This document shows positions 25,345 through 38,389 of a stretch of 64,000 nt of DNA, piece after piece; position 1 is the first letter of the stretch, and the number at the start of each line of letters is the position of its first letter. This DNA comes from Squalus acanthias (Eukaryota), in NCBI GenBank assembly GCA_030390025.1, contig CM059447.1:33604001-33668000 (forward strand). Direction: 5' to 3'. The notes beneath the pieces were generated by a model that worked only from the letters and a program-made list of their open reading frames with translations, had not been told where the DNA came from and ran no database searches. Both the position numbers and the translations under genes were made by a program.

Positions 25345-25765
25345 AAGGCTCAGTTCATAGCATTCTCGCTTCTGAGTCCGAAGGTTGTGGGTTCAAGTCC
25401 CAAATCCCGAGACTTGAGCACAAACATCTGGGCTGACACTCCAGTGCAGTACTGCAGTCTTTTGGATGAGACGTTATACCGAGGCCCCATCTGCTCTCTC
25501 AGGTGGATGTAAAAGATGCCATAGCACTATTTTGAAGAAGAGCAAGGGAGTACTCCCCAGTGTCCTGGCCAATATTTATCCCTCAATCAACACCACTAAA
25601 ACAGATTATCTGGTCATTATCACATTGCTGTTTGTGGGACCTTACTGTGCGCAAATTGGCTGCCGTGTTTCCTACATTACAACAGTGACTACACTTCAAA
25701 AGTAATTCATTGGTTGTAAAGCACTTTGGACGACCTGAGGTTGTGAAAGGCAAGTCTTTCTTTTT
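25345..25765 (+). mobile_element. Deu-domain tRNA SINE
   Basis: GGCTCAG...GGGTTCAAGTCCC head and GGATGAGACGTTATACCGAGGCCCC...GTCCTGGCCAATATTTATCCCTC core. Confidence 0.85.
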
Positions 25766-26339
25766 ACTTTCTTTCTTTAGTACTGTTCTCAAGTCAAGGA
25801 AAAATAGCTTTGTATTGAGCAGCATGTTGTATGCATAGCCCATTTATTAGGGCACTCCTTATTGAGCATGCAAATCAATAAAACACCGATAAGCATTAAT
25901 TGGAAGATGAAAAGGCAACAGAAACAAAATGATGCCAAATCATGTAATGGATTTAGCTCATTTGAAACTGTACATCAAATCAGCTGTGTTGTTTGAAAGA
26001 TGTCGCAGACATGGGCCTGTTGATTATTGGCTGTTTTTTGTTCTATCAGCTCTAGAACAATGATTTTTAATCTCAAAAGACTGAAATAGACACGAGCAGA
26101 GTGGCTAATACCGGCCAGTCAATGAGTTCAGAACCCACCTGGGTTTCTAGGTTCAGTCTCATTATGTCTTGGGCCAGCTGCATGCATGAATCATGCGTCT
26201 GATTGGCAGCTTGCCCATTAGTGGCTGGGACATCACGTGTTGTTGCAATTTAAAGGGACATTATTTCAGGAATGGGGAAAGTTGAAGACGACAAGTATGT
26301 TACTCTGCAGCCATGTCAATCCCCAGTTGTGGAAGCAAC

Positions 26340-26545
26340 AAGGCGTCCCCGTTTTCTCAAGGGTCTGCGGAAATGCTATTGCATCACGTACGGCAGAGGA
26401 GAGAGGTCTTCCCTGCGAATGATCATGCGGTGTTGTGTCGGGTGGCTCAGAGTGCCTGGTAAAAGGCGGTGAATCATGGAACTACAAACAGCATTGGTTG
26501 TAGTGCTGGAAAAGGTTTCATGGCGTCACCAATCATGCCAAGGTA
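26340..26545 (+). pseudogene. Old Harbinger Myb/SANT exon-1 relic
   Basis: FSQGSAEMLLHHVRQRREVFP...AW*...WL*CWKRFHGVTNHAK|GTAGG parallels FSxxALExLV..RRxVL..W..QCRKKFNDLT. Confidence 0.55.
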
Positions 26546-27364
26546 GGAGACCTCACCAAAACCTTAGAATAATGCAATGTATGAAATATGAATGGCATGG
26601 CCAGTACCCTCCCACCCACAGTCCTACATGAATTTAAAAGCCTCCTATGGTTGCTCGTTATACATCAGGGAAGTCTTCCATTTTGCGCTAACAGATCCTT
26701 TCCTCATTACCTGAGCTAATGTTCTCTGACAAATCCTTCCATCTACTGAACCAGATACTTGTTCCTGTAATTATATCCACTGTGGACAGCAGGCTGATAC
26801 TTGGGTAGCCCTGATGAGGAGGATCATGGCAAGTTGTCGGGAATTGGTACAAACCATTTTGCTCTCTGATCATCGAGCACTTTCCGTAAAAATACATGTA
26901 GCATAGCACACCTCCTCTCACATGCCAGTGCAGGTCACCTCAGCCCAATCGGAATGTATTCATCCCTCCGCTCAAACCTCTGGTCCAGCCAATTAGGGAC
27001 ATGGCCCAGAAATTTGTTTGACTTCAGATTCTACCTCCATTCTGTTTTGAGCTTTAATGTAGACATCTGTGTACTATACTAACCCACCTCTTAAACCTAT
27101 AGGGGAGATTTACATGGGCCTTTGCCCAGACACACTGCATTACATGGGTGCAGGGAAAATCATAAAGTCAGATGGGTCAAGGCACATGGCTGTAAAGGAA
27201 CCTACCTAATTTTCTCTCAAAGTTACAGCGGTGGACCAGAAGAAGGCCTGAAGAAACCCGCGGCACAACAGTTTAAACTCTTGTCATGTGAACAAATCTT
27301 TCTAGCGGTGAATTTCCAGCAGGCAGTGCGGCAATCTAACTAGCTCATTAATTCCTTCTGGGAA

Positions 27365-27600
27365 TAGAACCTGCCACTTACCTCTGGGGCGGCCTACATG
27401 TGACTCCAGCCCCACACTATATATAGTTGACTCTTAAATGCTGTCTGAAGTAGCCTAGCAGCCACTGATTTGTTAAGCAATCACTCAGGCAGCGGTTCAA
27501 GAAGGCGGCCAGCCATCAGCCTCTTGGAGCAGCTAAGGATGGGCAATCAATCTGATGCTGTTAGTGTTGCCCTTAGCCCCGCAAGAGCAAATTAAAAAAA
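27365..27600 (+). mobile_element. SINE fragment (family of 32411-32778)
   Basis: GGCCTACATGTGACTCCAG...GTTGACTCTTAA...GTTCAAGAAGGCGGC...GGATGGGCAAT. Confidence 0.7.
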
Positions 27601-28969
27601 GATAAAGGCCGAGGTTGTCTGTCCATTAATCAGATCCTCGTGTTCCTACGAACTTTAAAACCACCACTAGTTCAGTTATCCCATATTCACGTTCCCTTTT
27701 CGACCTTGATGGTGGTCTGCAGTCTGTGCCTTGCCCAGCATCTGAGTCCCTCAATAAATAAAAAAAACACATGAAAAATGCCGGACTCCCAAAGATACAT
27801 ACAAAAATCCACCAGTGATCTGGGAAAAAGAAATGGGACTCTAGCCTGTTACTTCCAAGGCCCAAACACCAGAAAATTTACCTTCAAAGTCTAGCTTACC
27901 AGACGAACTACTGTAAGAAGATTAATTGTCTCTGGTCTAGTTGAAGTTTATCGCCTAAGCTTATGTTACATTGTCTCCTTGTGCTGATACGGCCAGTTGG
28001 AATCCATTTGCTTCTGCTTGGACCTATTATCTTATGGTACTCGTTGCTTTTTCTACCTCATTACACCCCTATTGTTTTTATTTCATATTGCTTGTAAAAA
28101 TACATCTGCTTTTCGCCTATTTTCAAATTTCTTAGTAATTATCGTAATGATAACCATCTGTAGAGTTTGTTTTCTTTCAGTTTAAAAGTTTCAAAGGAGA
28201 AAGTAGATCTTAAAAGGTTTGACAGCTGAAGTTGTTGTTTATGTGAACCAACAAATTTTGTTTAACATTTTATTTTATATATCTGTGAACTTTTGCAATG
28301 AGAACTATATTTTTTATTCTTGCATTTTGTCAAGTCTGATAGCCTCAGGGGGTTTCAGGTTTCAATTTTAATTGAATATATATATATACACACACACATA
28401 GGTATCGACACAATTAATATGGAGCAGATTATGAAAAGGAGATGGAAGCAGCGCTCAGTTTAAGGCTGCCAAACTGTCTTTTGAACATAAAGGTCAATAG
28501 CCCAAAGTGTGCCTGTATTCTCCGTATTAAAACATGCTGAATTGTAAGTGCTGCACAGGCCAAAGTGGCCATATTCTGTTCTTTTGAACCAATAGTCAAG
28601 TAAGTTAGATGTTTCTTAAATTGAATGTCACCTCTTTCACCCCTTCCTGCCCATCCTCCACCCCTCAACATCCCACATAAAAATGCTTGATTGGTGATAG
28701 ATGAGTTGTGACGATACACATTACCTTTCCAATCATTGTTTATGTGGTCTGCTTTATTTTGCAATGTGCTGTCTGTTATCTGCATGTCACTTGTTAACTG
28801 AGCTGTCAATCAACTGGAGAGCAAACTGTGTTTAAGTAGCAGTTAAACTTTGCAGCAGCTGATAAGAGCAGTGAATTCAAAATTGCCTTTAAAATATATA
28901 ACTTGGAAAAATCGTTTTAATTTTGTAAATTGCAGCCATCAAAGGCAGAATGGGATTTTTTTTTGTCTC

Positions 28970-30921
28970 CATTGAGGAGCACTTCACCTAAATCAGTTCT
29001 CCCATCCCCAATACAGCCAACAGTCCCACAATCCTTACCACTGTCCTTACTAGCACCATCCAAATGCCTTCCTTCAGTCCAGACTTATTGGTTTTGCCCT
29101 CATTTCACTACAGTGATAAACAGCAACACCAAATCCAAAGCAAAAAACAAGTTTATCAATCAACTCAATTGCATCTCTATCTAATAGTTTACACAAATAA
29201 TTAAGAATCACCCTTGTGCCAGTCTTAGTGCCTGTCTTGCATACTCCTTTCACTATTCGAGTGCTTTTATAAGCTGTTTCCCCAGTGGCTACAGCTCCGG
29301 AGGTGGAAGGCTGCTGAGGTTCCATTGAGGACACTTTAAATGGCCATGGTGGGCGACTTCGAGCAGCTCTGGGCCTAGAGGGCTTGGCTGCAGACTGCAG
29401 CCTCTCAGCGTGGGCCACAGCAGTCTGTCCCGGCTGGCTGCGTGACACTAACAAGGGCGCTGGCGGAGGAGGAGGTGTGCTGTCAGCCTGGAAGAGGACA
29501 GCAGGTGCTTCTCCCATGGAGCCAAGGCCATTTTCCTGGGACGGCGCTTCAGCACTCCAACGGCTCTGCATAACAACAGAGTGCAAGACTGCTGTGAGGC
29601 TTTGGAAGCCCATGTCAACATTGGCTCCCGGAGCCAAGATGGCAGCAGTCTGTGCTGCCATGGAAGCTGTCAGAGTAGGCTCCATCACAGTGGGTGCCAC
29701 TGTTATATTAATGGAACTGACCATGTTGGACAGATTGGTCTCCATACTCTGCGTGAAGCCATGAGACAGGTTGGAGGTGGACTCCTACATGCTCCGTGAC
29801 ATTGTGCACAAGCTCGCTGGCAGGCTGCCTGCCCAGTACACCGTACATTTCCTGCTGTATGCCCATGAGCCTTCTTCGATAGGCTGGGCTCTCAAAGTCA
29901 GCATCAGAGACCTCTGCAGCAAAACTAGTATCCTCACTAGTGTGAGAGGCGAGATAGAACTCAGAAGGGACAAAGAGATTATTTATGAAGAAACCCTGCG
30001 TGACATCTCCTCCAGCGTTGCCAGTCGCCACAGCCTCAACTCTGCCCCTGCCCATGATATCCAGCACGGGGGCGAGGGGGTGCATGCGGGCTCTTTCTCC
30101 TCCAGTGCCAGCCTGCTGTCTTGAATTGTGGGCAACCTGCTCCTGCAAGAAACAAAGGAGTTTGTTAGTGAAAGCCTTTTGAGATGTTTGGAGAATTTGC
30201 CTGTCATGGTAGAACAGCTGAGAGCCAGTGTGTGAGATGTGAGTTGTGGGTTAGTGAGGGTTGCAATAGTGGTGAGTGTGAGGAGAAGGGGGTGTAGTGA
30301 AGTGTGGTGCAGTGATTGGAGGAGAATGAAGGGACACGGAGCAAGGGCGTCTTGTGAGTACTGAGGTTGTAAGTGGTGGAGGTTTGAGCAGAGAGTAAGA
30401 GAGCAGTGTTCTTACCTTGATAACTCTAGTGAGACCATTGAACTTCTTCTGGCATTGCAGCCATGTCCTGGGTGCTAGACTCCTGACGTTGACATACTCT
30501 GCGACCTCTTCCTATTGCCGGCATAGTTGATGCCTGGAGGGCTTACTGCCAACTAGGGGGAAGAGGATGTTGCTCCTCCTGTCCACTGCCTGCACCTGGG
30601 CCTCCAAGACAGCCTCTGAGAACCTTGGTGCTCTCTCAGCGATTGTTTCAGCCTTACTTCTGCTTGCAAAAGTCTGTCTCTGGTGTTTGCAGCCAGAGTG
30701 CACTTCCCCTTTAAGAGGTGCTGGCAGCCTTTAAGTAGTATCATAGATGCCTGATTTCCACCCCACCCCCCGGCAGGCGTGCAGTCAATGAGTCGTGCAA
30801 ATAACGCTGGCTGCACACCGATGTGATTAAAATGATAAGGCAGCGTGAATATTGCGTGCTGCCTGAGTGAGTACCAACAGGCGCTTGCAGCATCCTTTGT
30901 GTGCGATCGGATTTCCAGGCC
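28970..30921. mobile_element. Harbinger copy 3 (Myb half only)
   Basis: Myb gene on -; right end GGATTTCCAGGCC followed by TTTA; only the extreme 3' flank of the transposase remains. Confidence 0.8.
29200..30650 (-). pseudogene. Harbinger Myb/SANT-like gene, decayed
   Basis: ERAPRFSEAVLEAQVQAVDRRSNILFP...RTWLQCQKKFN with donor AAG|GTAAGA at 30416. Exon 2 (from 30142) reads EQVAHNSRQQAGTGG, and exon 3 reads AYRRRLMG...QQPSTS...KSTR. Confidence 0.85.
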
Positions 30922-31450
30922 TTTATCACTGTGGATGGTCGCTTTAAAATTCTAGTAAGAGCCATAAGCCTAGATAGATAGAAACAGGAGTGGAAATGCC
31001 TGCATTAACCCATTCATTTTAAACTGACTAACACCGATTGGAAAATCCAGGCGAGAGGATTTTGAGCATAAAGTGAGAACCTGACCCTGGCGTTGCACGT
31101 TATTTACTATCTCGGGAATGGGAAGCAAGGTGTCATGGGTTCTGGAATGCTGATGGTGTACTGCCATCAACAACATGTTGCAAGCTCATTCCAGGAGCAT
31201 TCCAAGCTGCATAGGTCCTTGCTTGTGTTATTAAAACTTCCATACAGAGGTTCATGTTTTTGGTAAGTGACGTTTATTCAAAGGCATGTAATTAGCTGCG
31301 CTGATGCATATTAAGCTCGTAAACTTGGCAGAGGCCGCACTGCAGGCAGTAAAGTCAGTTGAGGGAGACAAGAAGAAATCACTGACTTTGCAGTCTTTAG
31401 GTGTCTAATTTTATGGCCCTGACTTTCCTCAGGGGCTCCCAGCAGGACCC

Positions 31451-31708
31451 AAGGGTTGCCAACTCTGGTTGGAAGTATTCCTGGAGGTTCCATCACATGA
31501 CCTCCAACTGTCCCGCCCAGTCCAACAGCCAATTTTCCCCCACCTTCAATACTTTTATAACTGATAAACGAAAGTGTTCAAAGAAAATGAGAGAATTTCT
31601 TTTTAACGCCCCTGTGATTTTTCTCCGAAGTTGCTCGCAGCAGTGCCCAGGATATTCATCTTTAATTCCTGGAGACTCCAGGGCAATCCAGGAGGGTTGG
31701 CAACACGA
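31451..31708. mobile_element. hAT (Blackjack-type) MITE with 8-bp TSD, nested in another MITE
   Basis: TIRs AGGGTTGCCAAC / GTTGGCAAC(ACGA). Flanks are CAGGACCC (31443-31450) and CAAGACCC (31709-31716). Confidence 0.75.
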
Positions 31709-32264
31709 CAAGACCCGCTGATTATCGGATTTCCCAGTCGGACTTGTAAGACCAGTGATGTTTTGGCCAGCCCCAGGGAGCGAAACTGGGAGGCAGGGAC
31801 TCCCTGTGCTGGGATTTCGCTCTCTCCCCCCCCACCCACCCCCCAGCACAGTCAGCATCTAGTGTATTACTGGAGGCCGGTACATGGAGTGAGATTAAAC
31901 ATACCTTCCTCCAGGTGGGTGCAGGTGGGCCCCACCGGAGGGGAGGGAGGGGCTGGGTGAGCGGAGCTGCCTGAATCCCCTGAAGAAACGGTCAGTAATT
32001 TTTGTTTATAAATTGGGATCGGCCCCCTTACACAGAGGGCTGAAGGGGGCAGCTGGGGAAACCCTCCCCCATTGGCGGGCATCACTAGATTGTCTTGGGG
32101 GGGCAGGTGGACGCCAGTTATGCACCCGCAGTGACGCAGGTGCCCCCTGACCCCATGTAAATGAGGTTCCCTCCTGCTGACTCCGCAATCGCCGGTGGGT
32201 CAGCACTGACGGGTACCAGCGGGCGCAAGTGTAAGAACCTGATAGGCGAGATCAGGAGAAACAA

Positions 32265-32880
32265 TTCCCTGTGGTGGGGGAGTCCAGAACAAGGGGCCAT
32301 AACCTTAAAATTAGAGCTAGGCCATTCAGGGGTGATGTCAGGAAACACTTCTTCACACAAAGGGTGAAATCTGGAACTCTACCCCCCCCCAAAAAAACCT
32401 GTTGAGACTAGCGGGTACGGTAGCATAGTGGCTATGTTACTGACCTAGTAATCCAGAGGCCTGGATTACTGATCCGGAGATGTGAGTTCAAATCCCACCA
32501 CAGGCAGCTGGGGATTTTAAATTCAATTAATTAAAATAAAATTAAAATCTGGAATTAAAAACTAGTATCATGAAGCTACCGGATTGTTGTAAAAACCCAT
32601 CTGGTTCACTAATGTCCTTACCCGGTCTGGCCTATCTGTGACTCCAGACCCGCAGCAATGTGGTTGACTCTTAACTGTGGTTCAAGAAGGCGGCTCACCA
32701 CCACCTTCTCGAGGACAATTAGGGATGGGCAATAAATGCCAGCGATGCCTACATCCCGTGAACGAATAAAAAAAAAAGTTGAAAATTGTTAGACAAAGGG
32801 TAGATGGAGTTAAGATACAGAGCAGCCATGATCTAATAAAATGGTGAAACAGGCTCGAGGGGCTCCTGTTCCTATGACTT
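32265..32880 (+). mobile_element. CR1 3' fragment split by a SINE
   Basis: GGGGAGTCCAGAACAAGGGGCCAT...CACTTCTTCACACAAAGGG...TGGAACTCT, resuming after 32778 with CAGCCATGATCT...CAGGCTCGAGGGG. Confidence 0.75.
32411..32778 (+). mobile_element. tRNA-derived SINE (second family), near complete
   Basis: A box TAGCATAGTGG, B box GAGTTCAAATCCC, LINE-like tail CACCACCACCTTCTC...AGGGATGGGCAATAAATG, and poly(A). Confidence 0.8.
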
Positions 32881-33089
32881 TCACTGTTGCTCCAAAAAAG
32901 CATTCATAGCAGCCGACACTTCTCCAAAATGGTCCACACACTGATGTAAAAATCATTTGATACTCTGCTATCGAATGTATCGATGGTGTTAAATGCACAT
33001 TTATTATTTGTCCAGCTGTTTTCAAATGTGTGTGAGAGCATTCCAATCTGATATTGTACGGGAAATGCTTTTTTTTTACATTTTCTTGC

Positions 33090-33432
33090 GGTTCCTTTGC
33101 GGCCCAGGGAGCAGGATTGCTCTTTGTTGCCCAACAAGGAATCCTTGGGCCTCCAGACCCCTGTGTTTTCTCTCCCACTTTCTCTGACCACATTCGGTCC
33201 AGACCCCACCCCCTCCCCCTCCCACTCACTTACCTTGGCGGGGACCATTTCCTTGGGTTCCCGGCTGTGTCAGTCTCTCGCCCGCCGGCTCTTGCGTCAT
33301 TCGGGTGGGAGACGGCCTAGAGTCCAGAGCAAGTGAATTCCTGGGAGTTAAAATGGCTCAGGCCTCTCGCCTAGCTGTCGGCGATATTTGTCCCTCCCCA
33401 GCTCTGAACTTACCCCAAGTTAAAATTGGGGC
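33090..33432. mobile_element. Harbinger-type MITE right-hand fragment
   Basis: GGAGCAGG..TGCTC block and internal ACTTACC shared with other MITEs; end GTTAAAATTGGGGC. Confidence 0.45.
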
Positions 33433-33436
33433 TTTA

Positions 33437-34126
33437 GGGGGAAAAATTGAGTCACGCCCTTTTTGGGGCGCTAACTTCGCTGAAAAAATTAGCGCCCCCG
33501 CGGCCAAAATTCATCGGTAGCGCCCCGAGAGGGAAGCAGGGTGCTACTGGAAGCGCCCCGCCTCCCTCTTGGGGCGCTGCGAGTGAATATCGTGGCACAT
33601 CGTGCGCGGCACGGCAGGCCTTCCTCCCCTTCTTAAAGGGGAGGGGCCTTACGCAGCACGACCCAGGGCCCAGCTGGGCCACCAGGGATCGGAGTGCTGG
33701 CAAAAGAGCCCGGCACTCAAGAGAAGCGCCGTGCTCATGGAGCGCAGCTGGCACTCCGCAGGGGGGCTGAAGAGGAGGCCGGGGCCGGCAGAGGGGACAG
33801 GTGCTGGCAGGTGGCCAGCAACAAAAATGGCCGCCCGGCACCTTCCCTTTAATTAGCGCCGCACGTAGGCCCCCTTGACCCCGTCGAACATAGCGTCCGG
33901 CGGTAAGTCAGGGGGCGCTACCGAAGATCGCGGCCAGGACGCTGCGCACGGTGATCACGTCATCGCCAGCGGCGCGGGGTGCTAACGGTTACCGCCGCCG
34001 CTAACCTCCCGCTGAATTTCGCGGGAGGTGTTGGCGGCGCCGCGCCTGGGCGCTAGTTGCTTTGCGCCCCGTTAGCGCCCTCTCAGGTCGCTAACTTGAG
34101 GCGCAAAGCAACCGAATTTTTAGGCC
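33437..34126. mobile_element. GC/CpG-rich Harbinger-type MITE with TTA TSD
   Basis: GGGGGAAAAATT ... AATTTTTAGGCC, with TTA on both sides and many TAGCGCC/GGCGCTA repeats. Confidence 0.78.
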
Positions 34127-34296
34127 TTAGTGTTCTGCCCGGCTCTTTCATCTAGAAAAAGGCGCACGTAAAGTATGCAAAGGAAGCAGGTGTACTGCTT
34201 CTTCTTAATAATCAATTCTTTGGTGTGCGACCTGGGAGAGCCCATTTCTAAAATGATTGTTACACTGCAAATGGTGCTGATTTCAGCAAACAAGAG

Positions 34297-34482
34297 CCTG
34301 GACTTTCCTCAGGGGGCTCTCCTGATCAACCCGTAACTGTGGCGGACGATCGACTGAAAATCCCAGAGAAATGGCGTGAGAAGCCATAGAATCCTAGAAT
34401 GGTTACAGCACAGAAGAAGGCCATTCGGCCCGTCGAGCCCGTGCCCATTTACGGCCTTTGTCTAGCGGAAGATCGGGAGAAC
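34297..34482. mobile_element. Foldback MITE interrupted by a ~60-bp CR1 tail (about 34385-34446, -)
   Basis: CCGTAACTGTGGCGGACGATC...CCCAGAGAAATGGCGT matches 63652-63817. The insert CATAGAATCCTAGAATGGTTACAGCACAG matches the tail at 6447. Confidence 0.65.
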
Positions 34483-34487
34483 TACTC

Positions 34488-35038
34488 CACACCTGGAGTA
34501 CTGTGAGCCATTCTGGGCACCACACCTTAGGAAGAATATATTGGCCTTGGCGGGAGTGCAGCGCAGGTTTACCAGAATGATACCCGGACTTCAAGGGTTA
34601 AGTTACAAGGAGAGATTACACAAATTAGGGTTGTATTCCCTAGAATTTAGAAGGTTAAGGGGTGATCTGATCGAAGTTTTCAAGATATTAAGGGGAACAG
34701 ATAGGTTACGTGGAGAGAAACTATTTCCACTGGTTGGGGATTCTAGGACTAGGGGGCATAGTCTAAAAATTAGAGCCTTTCAGGAGTGAAGTTAGGAAAC
34801 ACTTCTACACACAAAGGGTGGTAGAAGTTTGGAACTCTCTTCCGCAAATGGCAATAGATGCTAGATCAATTGTTAATTTTAAATCGGAGATTGATAACTT
34901 TTTGTTAACCAAAGGTATTGAGGGATGTGGGCCAAAGGCAGGCTATGGAGTTAGGTCACAGATCAGCCATGATCTCATTGAATGGCGGAGCAGGTTCGAG
35001 GGGCCGAATGGCCGACTCCTGTTCCTGTGTTCCTATGT
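34488..35038 (+). mobile_element. CR1 LINE 3' fragment
   Basis: HLEYCEPFWAPHL...VQRRFTRMIPGL...RRLRGDLIEVFKIL...VWNSLP, with a TTCCTATG tail. Confidence 0.93.
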
Positions 35039-36237
35039 ACCTAACTCCATGGAAATTCTAGCCACCGTCTTTGATCTTAGCCACTAAACTAATAATTGTA
35101 GGACGGGCCCTTACCTTTTGGGACATCTTCCACGTTAAGAACATTTTACTTCAATCACCCCCATGTCTCAAACCAGCTTATGGAACGTACTTGAATATTT
35201 GAGTAAGTAGTACATTAATACAGAAGGTAGTACATTTGATTTCTCAGTACTGTATATATGGGGGAGCTGCACACTTCTGTGCTCCAGAAGTAGGCTCTCT
35301 GCACATTGGTCGCATTTGAAATGGTAGCAGTTTTTCAATGCCTTCGAGAGCAAGATAACTGCAGTGAAATAATAAAACCAGTTGCGGTCTGATTATCGCA
35401 ACTTAAATACTAGTCAGTGTTTTGCAGTGACTAATACTCACAAATAGTGCAATGGAGTCTCACAAGGGCAACCTGTAACTGAATATGAGCAATGAAATAT
35501 GAGATCAAAAGACCATCTGCTATTCTGTGCCAGGAGCTGATGTGACCTTAAACAAATTTCTTACTCAGTAATTGGATTAGATTTACCCTTTTACCAGTAT
35601 TTTTATAGTTGCCGTACAATCAAAATAACATTGTGGGATTGCTTTTATGAAAAAGATCCTAATCTGTTTCTTTCTACTGGTATATATTCTGTAAGCAGAG
35701 AGAGAGACCTGTCGTCAGCAGTTTTCTGTTACCTCAGATCTTTGATGCAGGTTCCAAGGAGCCTCGTATTGGGAACAAGCGATTGCAAGATGATAGCTAA
35801 CGTCAAACAGGTCAAGAATCAGATCTGGTTACGTTTGATCCAGTAAGACATGGGAGAAACCAAGAATGGTTTTCACAAATCAATAAGGCAAATGTCTGAT
35901 GCTCTGAATCACAATCTTGACTTGTAATGTTAAACTCACACAAATGAGCGGATGGTTGCAACAAACCAATCTTTATGGAAGATTCACAAAATAATTTACA
36001 CCGCCAATTTATTTAGAAGTTTTTTTTCTCTCCCTCTTTTGAACACCCTGAACCATTTACCAAGGTTGACAAATAACTTTCTTCCAGCCCTCTGTTAATT
36101 TGGCCTTCTTACTCATTATTTGGTGGTGTGTTGGAATGGGCTGAGATAATCAAACTTTTGTGCCCTATTTTCAGGAACCACTTGCCCTGTGCTGACCACA
36201 TCCCCCTGACATCTCGGGTGCGATCGCAACTCGTGTC

Positions 36238-36666
36238 TCAGCCATGGCTCAGTGGTCGCGCTCGCACCTCCTGAGCCAGAAGGTCGTGGGTTCAAGTCCC
36301 ACTCCAGAGACTTGAGCACAAAAATCTAGGCTGGCACTCCAGTGCAATACTGAGGGAGTGCTGCACTGTCGGTGGTGCTGTCTTTCGGATGAGTCTTTAA
36401 ACTGAACCTGCCTTCTCAGATGGACGTAAAAGATCCCATGGCACTATTTTGAAGAAGAGCAGGGGAGTTATCCTCTGTGCTCTGGGCCAATATTTATCCC
36501 TCAATCAATATCACTAAAACAGATGATCTGATCATTATCATGTTGCTGTTTGTGGGATCTTGTTGTGCACAAATTGGCTGTCACGCTTCCTACATTACAG
36601 CAGTGACTACACTCCAAAAGGACTTAATTGGCTGTAAAGTGCTTTGGGATGTCCTGAGGTCGTGAA
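36238..36666 (+). mobile_element. Deu-domain tRNA SINE
   Basis: TGGCTCAGTGG A box, GGGTTCAAGTCCC B box, Deu core and L2-like tail. Confidence 0.88.
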
Positions 36667-37691
36667 CAACATGACACAACACATCATTACACTGACATAC
36701 TATGTTAATTTTCCTCCATATTTTTTTCATTTGATATACATACTTACTGTTCTTTTGCCAATTTTCTCCACTCTTCTAAAATGTTGACTTCTTGCTTCCG
36801 TGCACTTCCGCAGGTACCTTCTGATATGGCCAAACGATCATGATTCATGTGTGAGCCTTTGCAGTTAAGTAGCGGCTGGCTGATTAATTATTGTGGGCCG
36901 CCACAGCCTGATCCAATGTCCACATAACAAGCACACTTACTGAAGATTTGCAGGGCAGTGATCAAGAGCAGGAACCCCGGCCAATTTGCCCCGCCCCCCT
37001 CCCCCCGCCCCCCCATAAATAATGGACAATTGGGCAAGCTATTGGAAGTGATTAGCACCTGTGGAACTATACGGCAGAAATCAATCAACACCTTTGGGAA
37101 AGAAAGGGAAGGGGGAAAAAGCTGGCATGCAACTAACACAATTAAACCTGGAGGTGGCAAATTTAGTGTTTTGGAATACTGGGTTCTGTATTAAAGATTT
37201 GTGGAGACTTTTGCGTCCATTTTGACAGTGAGCCTTGCGAATTGTGCTGCAGAATTGTGATCTAATAGACCAACTGATTGTACCAAGCTAGAGAGAGTGT
37301 CAAAACTGCAATATCAAAGCACAGGTTTGAATCTGACTTTGTAAGCTACTTAGGAATGTTTAATTTGGGAGTAAATCGATTGCATCTATTAAGCACGCAG
37401 AGTGTGCGATGTGCTGTGAGCGCAATCAATCAGTATGTATGGAGGAGTTAACGATGGTTTCTCATGCAGGTAGAATTGATTTGTGTTTGGGAAGAAGTGA
37501 TGCATTGATTTGTAAAGATCGTCCCTGTGGGTCAAATTCTGTTTCTAAATGGAGTGTGGGCGCCCACACTGAACCAGCCCTCCTCCTCGTGCCTCGGGTA
37601 TTCTGTCACCCCACTGAATGGATATCCATCGCCTCGCTGAAATGAGCTTCCTGAGCGCTTTCTGGTCAGCTACCCAGAATTATCTCTCGTG

Positions 37692-37965
37692 GACATTTAG
37701 GACTGAGATGAGGAGAAATTTCTTCACTCAGAGGGTGGTGAACCTGTGGAATTCTCTGCCACAGAAGGCTGTGGAGGCCAAGTCACTGAATATATTTAAG
37801 AAGGAGATAGTTAGATTTCTAGACACAAAAGGCATCAAGGGGTATGGGGAGAGAGCAGGAATATGGTATTGAGATAGAGGATCAGCCATGATCATATTGA
37901 ATGGCAAAACAGGCTCGAAGGGCAGAATGACCTACTCCTGCTCCTATTTTTCTATGTTTCTATGA
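37692..37965 (+). mobile_element. CR1 LINE 3' fragment
   Basis: FRTEMRRNFFTQRVVNLWNSLPQKAVEA, with a TTCTATG tail. Confidence 0.92.
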
Positions 37966-38389
37966 TACATTACCCCCTCTCTCTTCCTGGAAGACGAGAT
38001 GCACAATCCATCTCAGCAAGTTTACGAAATGGTTTAACCATGATAAATATCTTTCAAGCGAATGAGCTGCAGGTACTCCACAGAGGAGCAAAGTATTTTA
38101 TAACCATAAAATGAACAGATCACACTTGAGTGCCACATTAATTCAGCCAGATACCTCGCTTCGAACTAACTCTGCACAGGGAGAGCTCCCCCGCTGCTAT
38201 ACCTCTCTCACCGGATTCGAACACACCAACTTGTAGGCAATGCACTGCGTAGATTCCAGAAGGTAAGCTTTTTCCCCCCCAGTATACAGTGACTGAATTA
38301 TGACTCGATATGACACAGACTGCATTTGTTTGTGATTGAGCAAAATAGCACCACAACTGATATTTTTCCATACTCTTTAGCCAGCACCA

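Noticed and set aside
36238-36310. tRNA genes at SINE heads (also 14280, 25345, 32411, 40800)
   Set aside because: The A/B boxes continue into SINE bodies, so these are tRNA-derived heads rather than tRNA genes.
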